DNA of 64,000 nucleotides, taken from the NCBI GenBank assembly GCA_020161545.1, contig JAIUNT010000004.1, forward strand, positions 2,863-66,862. Reading direction: 5' to 3'. This document shows positions 1 through 9,963 of this stretch, one piece after another. The position numbers and the translations under genes are program-made. Source of the DNA: Pseudomonadota bacterium. Its GTDB lineage: Bacteria > Pseudomonadota > Alphaproteobacteria > Caedimonadales > UBA1908. A model generated the notes under the pieces. That model did no database searches. It was given only the letters and a program-made list of their open reading frames with translations, and was not told the DNA's origin. Within the stretch, counting starts at the first letter, position 1. Each line of letters starts with the position of its first letter.

Positions 1-231
1 ATGGCCGTGGTCGCGGTAAGCTGTAATGACGCTATCCTGGGGCGCAAGGCAAGCCTGAATGCCCACCACAACAGCCTCTTGCCCGATGTAGAGGTGACAA
101 AAGCCAGCAATCTGTCCCATGCCATAAAGCTGGGCGCACCGCTCTTCAAAACGGCGAATAAGCAGCATTTCCTTGTAAAAGCCAAGAAGCTCTTCTTTGG
201 TATGGGGGGTAGGGGATGTTTGTTTTTTCAT
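1..231 (-). CDS. pdhA: pyruvate dehydrogenase E1 alpha subunit, N-terminal 77 codons (gene runs off the left edge)
   Basis: Absent from the ORF track because there is no stop in the window. The reverse complement of 231..1 reads [77 protein letters not shown]. The block [12 protein letters not shown]...ITAYR.HG is the conserved N-terminal signature of ThDP-dependent E1-alpha. The plus-strand ORF 1..294 is its antisense shadow. Confidence 0.8.
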   Translation of the reverse strand, partial: MKKQTSPTPHTKEELLGFYKEMLLIRRFEERCAQLYGMGQIAGFCHLYIGQEAVVVGIQACLAPQDSVITAYRDHGH

Positions 232-260
232 GGCGTGCAGTCCCATGGTTTGTGCTCCTC

Positions 261-292
261 AAAGAAAAAGGGCTGGCGCAGGCCAGCCCTTT
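261..292 (-). terminator. rho-independent terminator downstream of rplS
   Basis: Perfect 10-bp inverted repeat aaagggctgg / ccagcccttt (267..292). On the minus strand it is followed by a T-rich run (ccagccctttttctttg). Confidence 0.55.
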
Positions 293-325
293 AAAGAGAT
301 TATCCTCGCGTAAGCAAAGAAACCC

Positions 326-727
326 TTACGCGTTTGCATCCGTGGACGCACTCGCTGCTTTCGCACGGGTATAGTCTTTCTTCTCAGCAATACGTGCGCT
401 TTTACCGCGACGATCACGCAGGTAGTAAAGCTTTGCGCGGCGTACATGACCGCGGCGTACAACTTCGATTTGAATCTTTGGTGAGTAAAGGGGGAAGACG
501 CGCTCAACACCCTCACCGAAAGAGATCTTACGTACGGTGAAGGAAGAGTTCAAACCGCTGTTCTTGCGCGCAATGCACACGCCTTCATAGGCCTGGGCGC
601 GCTCACGGTCACCTTCAACAACCTTCACGAGAACCTTGAGTGTATCCCCAGGTCCAAAATCAGGAATCGCACGACCTTCCGTCAGGCTTGCGAGCTGATC
701 CTTCTCAAATTGCTCTAACAAATTCAT
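326..727 (-). CDS. rplS: 50S ribosomal protein L19
   Basis: The 133-aa product starts [12 protein letters not shown] and carries the L19 block [31 protein letters not shown] trimmed the 182-aa track ORF to the ATG at 727, which lies just after the trmD stop. Confidence 0.95.
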   Translation of the reverse strand: MNLLEQFEKDQLASLTEGRAIPDFGPGDTLKVLVKVVEGDRERAQAYEGVCIARKNSGLNSSFTVRKISFGEGVERVFPLYSPKIQIEVVRRGHVRRAKLYYLRDRRGKSARIAEKKDYTRAKAASASTDANA

Positions 728-728
728 T

Positions 729-1439
729 TTATAGCCCTTTCTCATCCTCACCAGAGTCAGCATAAGCGTCCCACAAATCAGGACGGCGCACCTTGGTGCG
801 TGCAATTGCTTGCTCTGTTCGCCACTGGCGTACTTTCCCATGATGGCCCGACAACAAAACGTCTGGCACCTCACGTCCCTGCCACTGTTGAGGACGCGTG
901 TAGTGGGGGTATTCCAAAAGACCCTGGGAGAAGCTTTCTTCTTCCAAAGACTCCTGGGAGTTTAACACACCTGGAACGAGGCGCACACAGGCATCTAAAA
1001 GTACCATAGCTGCGAGCTCGCCACCAGACAACACATAATCGCCGATGCTGATTTCCTCAAAGTCCCATGCGTCCAGGACCCTTTGATCAACACCCTCAAA
1101 TCGTCCGCATAATAATCCGATGTTTTGTGCTTTGGCAAGTTCTTTCGCGCGTTTTTGTGTGAAAGGCTTCCCACTGGGAGATAAATAGATGAGGGCATCT
1201 GGTTTTTTCTCGCCGTAAGTGGCCATAAGCGCTTGATGAAGCACGTCTGGGCGCATGACCATGCCGGGCCCGCCCCCAAAGGGAGCGTCATCCACCGTCA
1301 CATGCTTATCCGTTGCAAAATCACGAATATTCACACACGACAAGGACCACAGGTCTTGGGAGAGTCCTCGCCCCACAACGGAGGCACCCAAGGGACCAGG
1401 AAAAAGCTCAGGAAAAAGAGTAAAGACAGTTGCTCTCAC
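729..1439 (-). CDS. trmD: tRNA (guanine37-N1)-methyltransferase
   Basis: 236 aa. Contains [25 protein letters not shown] and [13 protein letters not shown], which are typical TrmD blocks. It sits in the canonical rpsP-rimM-trmD-rplS order. Confidence 0.95.
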   Translation of the reverse strand: MRATVFTLFPELFPGPLGASVVGRGLSQDLWSLSCVNIRDFATDKHVTVDDAPFGGGPGMVMRPDVLHQALMATYGEKKPDALIYLSPSGKPFTQKRAKELAKAQNIGLLCGRFEGVDQRVLDAWDFEEISIGDYVLSGGELAAMVLLDACVRLVPGVLNSQESLEEESFSQGLLEYPHYTRPQQWQGREVPDVLLSGHHGKVRQWRTEQAIARTKVRRPDLWDAYADSGEDEKGL

Positions 1440-1440
1440 G

Positions 1441-1965
1441 TCAGTCTCCTTTACTTGTCAGGACAAAAGCTCTGTGGACCTCAAGATACCCTTTATCCAC
1501 ATCGACCATTGGGACGGCGTCTTTGTGAAAAGGCACCATGACCTCTTCAAGGGAGCCGTCGGCCGCTAGCACCAAAATGTCCCCCGCCCCAAAGTTCTCA
1601 ACACGCACGACGCGAAGAGACTGCCCTGTTTCCAAAATACGTGCTTCTAACCCCTCAAGGGAGTGGTAGTAATACCCATCATCTTCCCCGAGATCTGGAA
1701 GTAACTCTTTGGAACCATACAGCACTTTTGTCTGATGAAGCTTGCCGGCCTCAGGGGTGTCAATCCCAGAAAGCTTCACGATGAGGCGATCTTTTGAGGC
1801 CCCACGCACAGCTTCTAAGGTATAGGACGCGCCCCTTTCGTCTTCTAAAAGAATCCCCTTTTTTAGGAAGGAAGGGTCCTCCAGAAGACAAAAAGCTTTC
1901 AGCTCCCCACGGATACCATGGGGAGCTGAAAGTTTCAAAACACGGATTAACGCTTTGGACGACAA
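1441..1965 (-). CDS. rimM: 16S rRNA processing protein RimM
   Basis: 174 aa. The N-terminal GIRGELK motif and its position between rpsP and trmD support the call. Confidence 0.9.
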   Translation of the reverse strand: MSSKALIRVLKLSAPHGIRGELKAFCLLEDPSFLKKGILLEDERGASYTLEAVRGASKDRLIVKLSGIDTPEAGKLHQTKVLYGSKELLPDLGEDDGYYYHSLEGLEARILETGQSLRVVRVENFGAGDILVLAADGSLEEVMVPFHKDAVPMVDVDKGYLEVHRAFVLTSKGD

Positions 1966-1970
1966 AGGTT

Positions 1971-2351
1971 TTACGCGTCAGCAGCCGGTGCTTCAGCCTC
2001 AGCCTTTGCTGCAGCTTCCTTCTCAGCCTTCTCGCGCAGGCGCTCTTGTGCTCTGGCCTTTGGCTGGGATTGCTTTGGATCTGTGTTGCGCTTTGGTGCA
2101 GCAATAAGGCCCTTGTCGCTCAAGAAACGTGCAACGCGGTCTGTGGGTAGGGCGCCGCTTGCCAACCAGTGGCGAATACGGTCCTCAACGAGGCGAATGC
2201 GATCGGGATGCTCCTTGGCAACCATGGGATTGTAAAAACCAACCTTTTCAATGAAGCGACCATCGCGAGGACTTCTGGAATCAGCCACAACGATTTGATA
2301 AAAAGGACGCTTTTTTGCGCCACCACGTGCCAAACGAATTTTCAAAGACAT
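1971..2351 (-). CDS. rpsP: 30S ribosomal protein S16
   Basis: Starts [42 protein letters not shown], a textbook S16 N-terminus. It has a Lys/Ala/Glu-rich C-terminal tail. Confidence 0.95.
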   Translation of the reverse strand: MSLKIRLARGGAKKRPFYQIVVADSRSPRDGRFIEKVGFYNPMVAKEHPDRIRLVEDRIRHWLASGALPTDRVARFLSDKGLIAAPKRNTDPKQSQPKARAQERLREKAEKEAAAKAEAEAPAADA

Positions 2352-2372
2352 CTGTTTCTCCTTGTCTTTACA

Positions 2373-3731
2373 CTATTTTGGAGAACGGCCAAGAAGCGCC
2401 GCCAACCCATGGCGACGCAGACCCTTCTCCCCTAACTTATTCATACGCTTCATCATACCGCTCATCTCTGTGAACTGTTTGAGCAAGCGATTGACCTCGG
2501 GCACCGATGTGCCTGAGCCTTGGGCAATGCGTCTACGACAAGACCCATTGATCAATTTCACATTTATCCGCTCCTTTTTGGTCATGGAGCGGATTATGGC
2601 CAGCTGACGTGCGACCATTTTGTCGTTCATACCAGCGCTGGCCATTTGATCTTTTATTTTGCCGACCCCGGGCAGCATACCCATGAGTCCTCCAAGGCCA
2701 CCCATCTTTGAGACTTGCTCGAGCTGTTTGGCCATGTCGTTGAAGTCAAAGGACCCCTTGCGCGCCTTTTGGGCAAAGGCTTCAGCTTCCTCACGGTCAA
2801 GGGTTTGGGCCGCCTTTTCAACGAGGGTGACAATGTCGCCCATACCTAGGATGCGGCTGGCGATACGGTCTGCGTGGAAGGGCTCGATTTGATCAAGCTT
2901 TTCGCCTGTTCCCAGATACTTGATGGGGCGACCCGTGACCGCACGCATGGATAGGGTTGCGCCGCCTCTGGCGTCACCATCAATACGGGTCAGCGCCACA
3001 CCCGTCACGTCCAAGCGCTCGTGGAACGCACGGGCGGTGACGGCGGCGTCTTGTCCCGTCATGGCATCGGCAACGAGGAGAATCTCGCTGGGATTCAGGA
3101 AGTTTTTCAGCTGAGCGAGCTCATCCATGAGCGCTTCATCGATGTGGAGGCGTCCGGCCGTGTCCATGAAAAGGATGTCATAGCCCTCAAGGCGTGCACT
3201 TTCTAGGGCGCGCTTGGCAATGTCGCTGACGGACTCGTTTGCCTTAATGGGCAGGGTTGCAATACCCGTTTGCGCGCCAAGAGTCTCGAGCTGTTCACGG
3301 GCCGCTGGCCTATAAATGTCGGCAGACGCCATGAGGATCTTTTTGTTGTGCTGGGCCTTAAGTAAACGCGCAAGCTTAGCCGTCAGAGTCGTCTTACCAG
3401 CGCCTTGCAGGCCCACCATCATGATAACGGCAGGGGGCGCGACGGAAAGATTGAGGCTTGCGCCTTCTTCGCCCAAGGTCTCCACTAAAAGATCGTGCAC
3501 GATCTTGACGACCATCTGGCCAGGGGTAATGCTGCGCAGCACCTCTTGACCAACGGCGCGCTCGCGCACACGCTCCACAAACTCTTTGACAACAGAAAGG
3601 GCCACATCCGCCTCAAGAAGGGCGATGCGAATCTCGCGCAGGGCCAATGTCACATCTTCTTCGCTCAGCGCGCCGCGTTTGCGCAACCGGTCGAAAATGC
3701 TCCCTAAGCGATCTGTTAAACTGTCAAACAT
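2373..3731 (-). CDS. ffh: signal recognition particle protein Ffh
   Basis: Contains MFDSLTDRL, the P-loop GLQGAGKTT, DTAGR, and a Met-rich M domain (MGGLGGLMGMLPG). I trimmed the TTG at 3746 to the ATG at 3731, matching the canonical MFD.LT.RL start. Confidence 0.95.
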   Translation of the reverse strand: MFDSLTDRLGSIFDRLRKRGALSEEDVTLALREIRIALLEADVALSVVKEFVERVRERAVGQEVLRSITPGQMVVKIVHDLLVETLGEEGASLNLSVAPPAVIMMVGLQGAGKTTLTAKLARLLKAQHNKKILMASADIYRPAAREQLETLGAQTGIATLPIKANESVSDIAKRALESARLEGYDILFMDTAGRLHIDEALMDELAQLKNFLNPSEILLVADAMTGQDAAVTARAFHERLDVTGVALTRIDGDARGGATLSMRAVTGRPIKYLGTGEKLDQIEPFHADRIASRILGMGDIVTLVEKAAQTLDREEAEAFAQKARKGSFDFNDMAKQLEQVSKMGGLGGLMGMLPGVGKIKDQMASAGMNDKMVARQLAIIRSMTKKERINVKLINGSCRRRIAQGSGTSVPEVNRLLKQFTEMSGMMKRMNKLGEKGLRRHGLAALLGRSPK

Positions 3732-3908
3732 ATTTTTCCATAACAAAAAGCACCGGTGGGCGACACTCGCTGACCGGTGAATTAATCACAGCACTCTAGG
3801 CGGGTCGCGCGCTAAATGTCAAGACGTTTGTGCTTTTGTCTTAAAAAGACTGGGGAATTTCGTAAAAACACGTTATGATGGGGGCCAAATGACCCAGGGA
3901 GATTCTTC

Positions 3909-4691
3909 ATGCTGCACGAGTTATCGCACTTAATTTTACAAATCACCCGCGAGTATTTTGTGATTGGCTTTATCTCCGTGGGCTACTTAACCTGGCGCAA
4001 GGACGCTTTCTCCAGAGCCCTTTTTATTTTGCTTTTTACCATGCTCCTTAATCCCTACCTCAAGTCATTATTCCAGATTCCCCTGGATCCGGCCTTGGGC
4101 AAACAAGGATGGGCTTTTCCCAGTGGACACATGCAAACAACCTTTACCCTTTGGGTGTGGCTGGCGTGGGAGCTGCGCCACCGGATTTTTACGGTGGTGG
4201 CAAGCCTTGTGGTGGTGGGTGTTGCCTTTGCCCTTGTCCATGAGGGATACCATAACGTGAAGGACATTATGGGCGCCATTGGCTTTGGGCTAGCGACTCT
4301 TCTTGCGTACGCCTTTGTGTGCCGTGTGACACCCCAGGACAGGCATCCTTACTTAGGTGTCTTTATGGCGGCCATCGGCCTCTTCTTGATCTTTATCACA
4401 CCAGAAAACCTTCCCCATATGTGGATCGCCGAAGGGGCGCTTGTGGGCTTTTCCATTGGGTGGGCCATCTATCACGCATGGGATACAGATGATTGGCTTT
4501 TCAGGCGCCGCTACACCGTTGCGGCGGCCTTCCTTGGTATTGTTGGCCTCTATGTCCTGACCATTCCCCTCAAGGGTTATATGGGACCGGAAGGGCTGAA
4601 CTTTATCCGCTTTAGTGCCATTGCTTTTTGGGTGAGTCATGGGGCAGAGGCGGTTGTGTACTACATTCACCGCATCACGGGCCGCCTATAG
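3909..4691 (+). CDS. polytopic membrane protein, degenerate PAP2-type phosphatase motifs
   Basis: About 7 hydrophobic segments. The PAP2 C2 motif FPSGH is present and C3 is partial (H.....HNVKD fits HxxxD). C1 (K-x6-RP) and the SR of C3 are not conserved. The stop codon TAG lies inside the first MITE-like repeat. Confidence 0.5.
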   Translation: MLHELSHLILQITREYFVIGFISVGYLTWRKDAFSRALFILLFTMLLNPYLKSLFQIPLDPALGKQGWAFPSGHMQTTFTLWVWLAWELRHRIFTVVASLVVVGVAFALVHEGYHNVKDIMGAIGFGLATLLAYAFVCRVTPQDRHPYLGVFMAAIGLFLIFITPENLPHMWIAEGALVGFSIGWAIYHAWDTDDWLFRRRYTVAAAFLGIVGLYVLTIPLKGYMGPEGLNFIRFSAIAFWVSHGAEAVVYYIHRITGRL

Positions 4692-4834
4692 CCAACCCCT
4701 TTAAAATGATTATGTCGTCAGGCGTCGGGATAAGGCGTGCTCACTTACTTATATGTAAGCTCCGCGCGGCTTACCCTCGTCTTCCTAATACTCATTTGAA
4801 ATGCTTTTGGGCTATCAATTTATAGGTATTTAGC
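4686..4834. repeat. MITE-like palindromic repeat, copy A
   Basis: Begins ctatagccaacccctttaaaatg. It has an internal imperfect hairpin (cttac-ttatat-gtaag core) and ends aaatgcttttgg...ggtatttagc. It is collinear with copy B and with the reverse complement of 22871..22973. Confidence 0.6.
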
Positions 4835-4982
4835 CATATAGCGCAAACCCTTTAGAATGGTGATCGTGTCAGCTATCGGGATAAGTCGTATTCACTTATG
4901 CCTTTATAAGCTCCGCACCCTTCCTAACACTCTTTTAAAAATGCTTTTGTGCGTGCGTTTTATAAGTGTTTAGCTCTATATC
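4835..4982. repeat. MITE-like palindromic repeat, copy B (head-to-tail with A)
   Basis: Begins catatagcgcaaaccctttagaatgg and ends aaaatgcttttgtgcg...gtgtttagctctatatc. It has the same block order as copy A. Confidence 0.6.
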
Positions 4983-4992
4983 AGGACGACGC

Positions 4993-6390
4993 TTAGAGAA
5001 CGTCCACGTCAACGGACGGTTGATCTTTCTGGGTTGAGCCAGACTTGGGATGGGTCTCCTGCATAAACTTCAAAAGTCCAATGGAGATTACAAGGCACAG
5101 GGGCAAGAGGCTTAAGCCCACGCGGTAATCGCCAGCGGTGTAAAGGGGAATACCGTCTTTGTATTGGTGATCCCAGGTCAGCTCAATGAGAAAGCCGATG
5201 AAGGGATGGAAAGCGCCTGTGAGCATCACGATCATATTGATAAAGGCCGTTGAGACGCCACTCATGCTGCGGGGCATAATCTCGCAGATCACAGCAAAGG
5301 TGAGGACTTTTGCCGTATAGAAAAAGCCCGCGAGGAAGAAAAGGCCGTAGAACACATAGATATGTTGTGCTGGGTATAAAAGAATCCCTATGTAAACAAG
5401 GGCGCTGGCAACGGATCCCACATACATAGGAAAGCGCCGCTGGGTCATCATGTCGGACATGGTTGTGAAAAAGGGACTTCCCACTGCTGCACCCACAAAC
5501 ATGGCGGAAATGACCGCGGCCGCTTCTTTCTCAGACACCCCTGCGGCGTGCTGGACAAAGGGCACGCCCCAGGCGTCACCAATGATGGTGATGGGCATGT
5601 ACATGAGAGTGCCGTAAAGGGCGATAATCCATGTTTGGGGGTTGAGGGCAAGGGTTTTGATATCATGGAAGGGGTGACGGTTCTCAAGGAAGGGTTTGGC
5701 CTCATCCTTGTGAGAGTGAGCCTCGTCAGGGCTGCGCACAAAGGCGTAGCATAACATACCCACACCTACACCGAGCCCCCCTAAAAGCATATAGCTCACA
5801 CGCCATCCAATGGCGTCCACAAGCATACTTAAGGGTGCGCCCCCTGCACAGGCGCCCAGGGTCCCAAAGCCGATGGTCAAGGCAATGACATTTCCAAGGC
5901 GTGTAGGATGGAGCCAAAGAGTGCCCAGCTTCAAGGTCCCAATAAGCCCGCAAGCCCCCCCAACACCGATGGCAAAGCGTGCCACACCAGCCATGAAGAG
6001 GCCATTGGCGTGGGCAAACAGAAAGCACGAGAGGCCGCAAAGGCAAGCAGCAGTCGCCAACAAATAGCGTGGCCCTAAGCGGTCAAGGGTAATCCCTAAG
6101 GGAAGCTGCATGCCCGCATAACCCCAAGAATACCAGCTGACGACACCGCCAAAGGCAAGGGCGTCAATCATGAAAGCTTCCATGATTTCGTTGTTCATGA
6201 CATTGGGGGAAACACGTAAAATGAACTGGTAGGCGTAAAAAAGGGCGCCGCACATAATGATGCCCCAAATGGGACCTTCTTCTTTCCAAAGAGCTTTGGC
6301 TTTGAGGATAAAATCATGGTACGCAGATGCGGACATAGACGAAGGGGATGGCGATGGTGAGAGAGGTATGTTCTTATTTTTTTCAACCAT
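4993..6390 (-). CDS. MFS transporter
   Basis: 465 aa with about 12 hydrophobic segments. MFS motif A is present between TM2 and TM3 (GITLDRLGPRYLL). Confidence 0.85.
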   Translation of the reverse strand: MVEKNKNIPLSPSPSPSSMSASAYHDFILKAKALWKEEGPIWGIIMCGALFYAYQFILRVSPNVMNNEIMEAFMIDALAFGGVVSWYSWGYAGMQLPLGITLDRLGPRYLLATAACLCGLSCFLFAHANGLFMAGVARFAIGVGGACGLIGTLKLGTLWLHPTRLGNVIALTIGFGTLGACAGGAPLSMLVDAIGWRVSYMLLGGLGVGVGMLCYAFVRSPDEAHSHKDEAKPFLENRHPFHDIKTLALNPQTWIIALYGTLMYMPITIIGDAWGVPFVQHAAGVSEKEAAAVISAMFVGAAVGSPFFTTMSDMMTQRRFPMYVGSVASALVYIGILLYPAQHIYVFYGLFFLAGFFYTAKVLTFAVICEIMPRSMSGVSTAFINMIVMLTGAFHPFIGFLIELTWDHQYKDGIPLYTAGDYRVGLSLLPLCLVISIGLLKFMQETHPKSGSTQKDQPSVDVDVL

Positions 6391-6488
6391 ATCGCCGTAC
6401 TATTGCTCCGTTTTTAGGTTTATCCAAAGCCTGACACATCTTTCCTTTATACCTTGCCATGGGCCGTGTGTCAAAACCTCTGGCAAAA

Positions 6489-7058
6489 TCAGGGGTATTT
6501 AGGGGGAGATTTTTTAAGGAATTTTTGAAGAGTAGCGTAGGCTTGGTTGATGTTTTTCAAAGTTTCTTCGGCTTGCTTACATCCCTGATTCAGGTCCGGG
6601 TGGAAGCGCTTGGCCAGAATCTTATAGCGTGTTTTGAGGATGTCTTGGGTTAAGGGTGACGAAAGGTTCAAAACAGCCAGCGCCTCACGCTCTTGTTTGC
6701 CCATGGCGGGGTCAAGGGGCGTGCGTGTTTGCGCAGTCTCACCCAGGTCAATTCCCTCAAACACAAAGGATTTCCCAAAAGCAGCTCCCATGGCAAAGGG
6801 CCAAGTGGGGCGACACCAGGTTGTGTCACTACGCCGGGAGGCCTCAATTTCATCCTCCCCCATGTTGGCATAGTAGTTCCAGGAGGCGTTGTAAGCCTTC
6901 ACGTGCTCGAGACAAAACCAGTAACGTTCCTCAAGGCGACTGGCGGACCTGGGGGCGGGGTACGTTCCTTCCTCACAGCACTGGGCGTGCATACAGGAGG
7001 TCGTCTCCCGCTTAGGGCCTTCTTCCAAAAAGGGGTGGAGTTTATAGGCGCCGCGCAT
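6489..7058 (-). CDS. J-domain (DnaJ-like) protein
   Basis: C-terminal J domain with the HPD tripeptide (YKILAKRFHPDLNQG...INQAYATL). The N-terminal region is Cys-rich (WFCLEHVKAYNASWNYY). Confidence 0.8.
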   Translation of the reverse strand: MRGAYKLHPFLEEGPKRETTSCMHAQCCEEGTYPAPRSASRLEERYWFCLEHVKAYNASWNYYANMGEDEIEASRRSDTTWCRPTWPFAMGAAFGKSFVFEGIDLGETAQTRTPLDPAMGKQEREALAVLNLSSPLTQDILKTRYKILAKRFHPDLNQGCKQAEETLKNINQAYATLQKFLKKSPPKYP

Positions 7059-7069
7059 GAAAGCCTATT

Positions 7070-8023
7070 CTAGAAATGACACTCAGGATGGGATTCAATA
7101 TCCCTGGCGGCGTCTAGGGCTGCCATACATCCTTGTCCTGCGGCCACAACAGCCTGTCTGTAAAGACGCTCTTGTACGTCACCGGCGGCAAAGACACCTT
7201 CCACGTTGGTAAAGACCGTGCCCGGTGGGCATGTGATGTAGCCCACCTCATCCATATCGATCTGACCCTTAAAGATTTCTGTGGCGGGTTTATGTCCCAC
7301 GGCCACAAAAAGACCATCAAAGGCGTGGAGAGATTTCTCGCCCGTCTTTGTGTGGGTAAGCTCCACACCCGTCATGCGTAGGGGCGCTTCCTCGCCCTTG
7401 ATCTCGCTCACCACATGGTCCCAAAGGACACTGATTTTGGGGTGGGCAAAAAGACGCTCTTGGAGGATTTTTTCAGCGCGCAGTGCGTCTCGGCGGTGAA
7501 TGAGCGTCACATGGGACGCGTGATTTGTCAGGTATAGTGCCTCTTCCACGGCTGTGTTACCGCCACCTACGACGGCAACGTTTTTACCCCTAAAGAAAAA
7601 TCCGTCGCACGTGGCGCAGCCAGACACACCAAAGCCGCGAAATGTTTTCTCGCTCTCAAGACCAAGCCACATGGCTTGGGCCCCGGTTGCGATGATCACG
7701 CACCAGGCGATATAGGTTGTGCCGCCGGAGGTTTTACACACAAAGGGGCGCTTTGAAAAGTCGACACTTTCCACGTAATCATACACAATCTCGGCGCCCA
7801 CATGGGCCGCTTGGTCGCGCATCTGGTCCATGAGCCAAGGCCCTTGGATGGCCTCGGCAAAGCCGGGATAGTTTTCCACGTCCGTGGTGATTGTGAGCTG
7901 TCCGCCCGGTGTCATACCCGTTACAAGGATTGGATTAAAGCCCGCACGCGCGGCGTAAATGGCGGCGGAATATCCGGCCGGACCAGACCCAATGATGAGA
8001 ATCTTTGTTTTGCGTTCTTGCAT
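7070..8023 (-). CDS. trxB: thioredoxin-disulfide reductase
   Basis: 317 aa. Contains the FAD motif IIGSGPAGYSAA, the redox-active CATCDG, and the NADPH motif VVGGGNTAVEEA. Confidence 0.95.
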   Translation of the reverse strand: MQERKTKILIIGSGPAGYSAAIYAARAGFNPILVTGMTPGGQLTITTDVENYPGFAEAIQGPWLMDQMRDQAAHVGAEIVYDYVESVDFSKRPFVCKTSGGTTYIAWCVIIATGAQAMWLGLESEKTFRGFGVSGCATCDGFFFRGKNVAVVGGGNTAVEEALYLTNHASHVTLIHRRDALRAEKILQERLFAHPKISVLWDHVVSEIKGEEAPLRMTGVELTHTKTGEKSLHAFDGLFVAVGHKPATEIFKGQIDMDEVGYITCPPGTVFTNVEGVFAAGDVQERLYRQAVVAAGQGCMAALDAARDIESHPECHF

Positions 8024-8038
8024 GGTGCTTTGCCTTTT

Positions 8039-9940
8039 TTAAAATCCGAACATGTGATCCATACCAAGGCGACCTTGTGCGTCTTGTAGACCATGATAAC
8101 CAAACAGGCGGCAGGTGGTGTCTCTGATAATGATATAAGACCGTTCACCAGCTTTTTCGATGTCTTTTTGAGAGAAAATATCACTCACGCGCCAAAGACG
8201 TGAACCCCCACAAGGGATACGGAGTTCCTCGGTGGCCACGCATTCTCCTTGGGCATTATGCAGCATAAGGGATGTTTGTGACAAGCCGTGCCAGGTTGCC
8301 GATGCCGGATAGATGAGATGACAGAAGGCCTGTGTGCCTTGTGGACCCGTTGGCAGGAAGAGGCGGGTGGTCAGACCAGGAGGCGCCCCCCGGTAAGAAT
8401 GGGGCTGGGTTTTATAGGTCATGGCCGTATTATAAATATGGGATCCAAAGGATGTTTCCGTTTGGTGATGGGCATTTTCATAGCGGAAAAGGGCGTGTAG
8501 CCATCCGTCTGCCTCATCTCCCGCCTCAAAGTCATAGACAAGCTCCATATGACCATAGCCTTTGCCGGCCTCGTCCGGGACCTCCTTCAAAAGATCGTTG
8601 ACCATCAGGGCGCTTCTATGGTGCCTGGGCAGATTGCCAAAACGGTACTCGCCCATTTCATGGCCGTCGGCGCCGTAAATCAAAAGCGCCACGGGCAAGT
8701 GTTTTTGAGATCTGGCCATGGGGGTGGGCAGCACATGGCTCTCCCAGGTGTCCCAAGGCAAAAGGGGTGCGGGCAAAATGAAGCCTTTCCCAAAAAGGGG
8801 CGCCAGAGTTTTGATCTTAGGGTCTGGTGCGAGGTTTGTGCGCTCCACATTGGCGTGGGCAATGCGCCGCAGGCCTTTTCTGACCACCTCATAGCGGGGG
8901 CGCACGAAATACTTGCCTGCCATAATTTCAAGCTGGGCTGGCCAGTGGAGCTCAGGAAAAAGATCCTTCACATGGACGGCCAGGGTCCCAAAGGGAGGGA
9001 CTTCCTTATCCACGCCGCGCGCTTCTTCCTCACGCCCCATGGGGCTCAGGGTCACGGCGCCTGCCGGAATAGGGCAGGGGTGGCTATTTTGAATCCACAA
9101 AATCACGTCTTCTTCTTGGGTCGGGGCAGGAAGGCCCGCGTAATAATCGGCCGGCCAAGCGTTGGCGTCGTGGGTGCACGATAAGACCGTGCCATCATCG
9201 CTATAAATATCAAGGCCGTACTTCACGATGTCGTGACCAGCTGCGCCCACAATGTGGATGAAGAGCTGACCACAAAAGTCATCAAGACCAAAACGCTCCC
9301 TCACCACAGCGCTGTCGATCACGAAGGAGGAACCGGCCGCACCCAGTGATTCCTCCCATGTCGCCAGGTGTTGGCCACGCTCGTCCAAAAGGTGACACCA
9401 GGCGTGGGCGGGTTTGCCGCTGTAAGACGACCAATAGTTGGCGGTCATAAGACGCGTGTGGAGACCCTTTTCCTCGCGCAGGAAGGCAAAGTTGGTTGCA
9501 AAGTTGAGGGGATCAAGGTAGGCGCGCTGGTTTGTCAGCATCTCTTGGGGAAGGCGCAGCTCCTTGAGGGAAATGACCTCCACGTTCTTGCCCAAAAGCG
9601 TTTGAAGGTGGGACACAAAAAGGTCTTCCTCAAAGGACAAAATGAACAAAACTTTTGTGGCGGGGTCTAGCTGTGAAATGGGCTTCGTTGTGTAACCCAG
9701 GCGTTCCAGTCCCATGTCCTCAAAGCGTTGCACGTAGATGTGGGAGAAAGGAACGTCTTTTAGGGGGTGAATTTCACAAAAGGGCTCAAGCCACCCTTGG
9801 GGGTCGTAAAGGGCAATATGCTCGCACGCTGTGAGTCTTTGAATGAGAGCGTGGGCCCCCATGGCAACAAGGGGGTGCCCAATGGCTTTGAAAAAACTGT
9901 GCCCGCCCTTGAGGTGATCAAAGGTTTCAATACGAAGCAT
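8039..9940 (-). CDS. large conserved-looking hypothetical protein (633 aa)
   Basis: Long uninterrupted ORF with protein-like composition. I recognise no family. I prefer the ATG at 9940 (MLRIETFDHLKGG) over the track start at 10000, which overlaps the upstream gene by 37 nt. Confidence 0.6.
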   Translation of the reverse strand: MLRIETFDHLKGGHSFFKAIGHPLVAMGAHALIQRLTACEHIALYDPQGWLEPFCEIHPLKDVPFSHIYVQRFEDMGLERLGYTTKPISQLDPATKVLFILSFEEDLFVSHLQTLLGKNVEVISLKELRLPQEMLTNQRAYLDPLNFATNFAFLREEKGLHTRLMTANYWSSYSGKPAHAWCHLLDERGQHLATWEESLGAAGSSFVIDSAVVRERFGLDDFCGQLFIHIVGAAGHDIVKYGLDIYSDDGTVLSCTHDANAWPADYYAGLPAPTQEEDVILWIQNSHPCPIPAGAVTLSPMGREEEARGVDKEVPPFGTLAVHVKDLFPELHWPAQLEIMAGKYFVRPRYEVVRKGLRRIAHANVERTNLAPDPKIKTLAPLFGKGFILPAPLLPWDTWESHVLPTPMARSQKHLPVALLIYGADGHEMGEYRFGNLPRHHRSALMVNDLLKEVPDEAGKGYGHMELVYDFEAGDEADGWLHALFRYENAHHQTETSFGSHIYNTAMTYKTQPHSYRGAPPGLTTRLFLPTGPQGTQAFCHLIYPASATWHGLSQTSLMLHNAQGECVATEELRIPCGGSRLWRVSDIFSQKDIEKAGERSYIIIRDTTCRLFGYHGLQDAQGRLGMDHMFGF

Positions 9941-9963
9941 GGTGCGTGTCCTTCTCGAAAATA

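Noticed and set aside
1-294. 97-aa plus-strand ORF at the left edge
   Set aside because: The opposite strand (231..1) encodes an unmistakable PdhA N-terminus. The plus ORF is an antisense shadow with no protein-like features.
3751-3779. 7-bp stem hairpin (caccggt...accggtg) in the ffh upstream region as a possible regulatory RNA or 4.5S RNA
   Set aside because: It is too short and lacks the conserved SRP-RNA domain IV motif. It matches no known element I can name.
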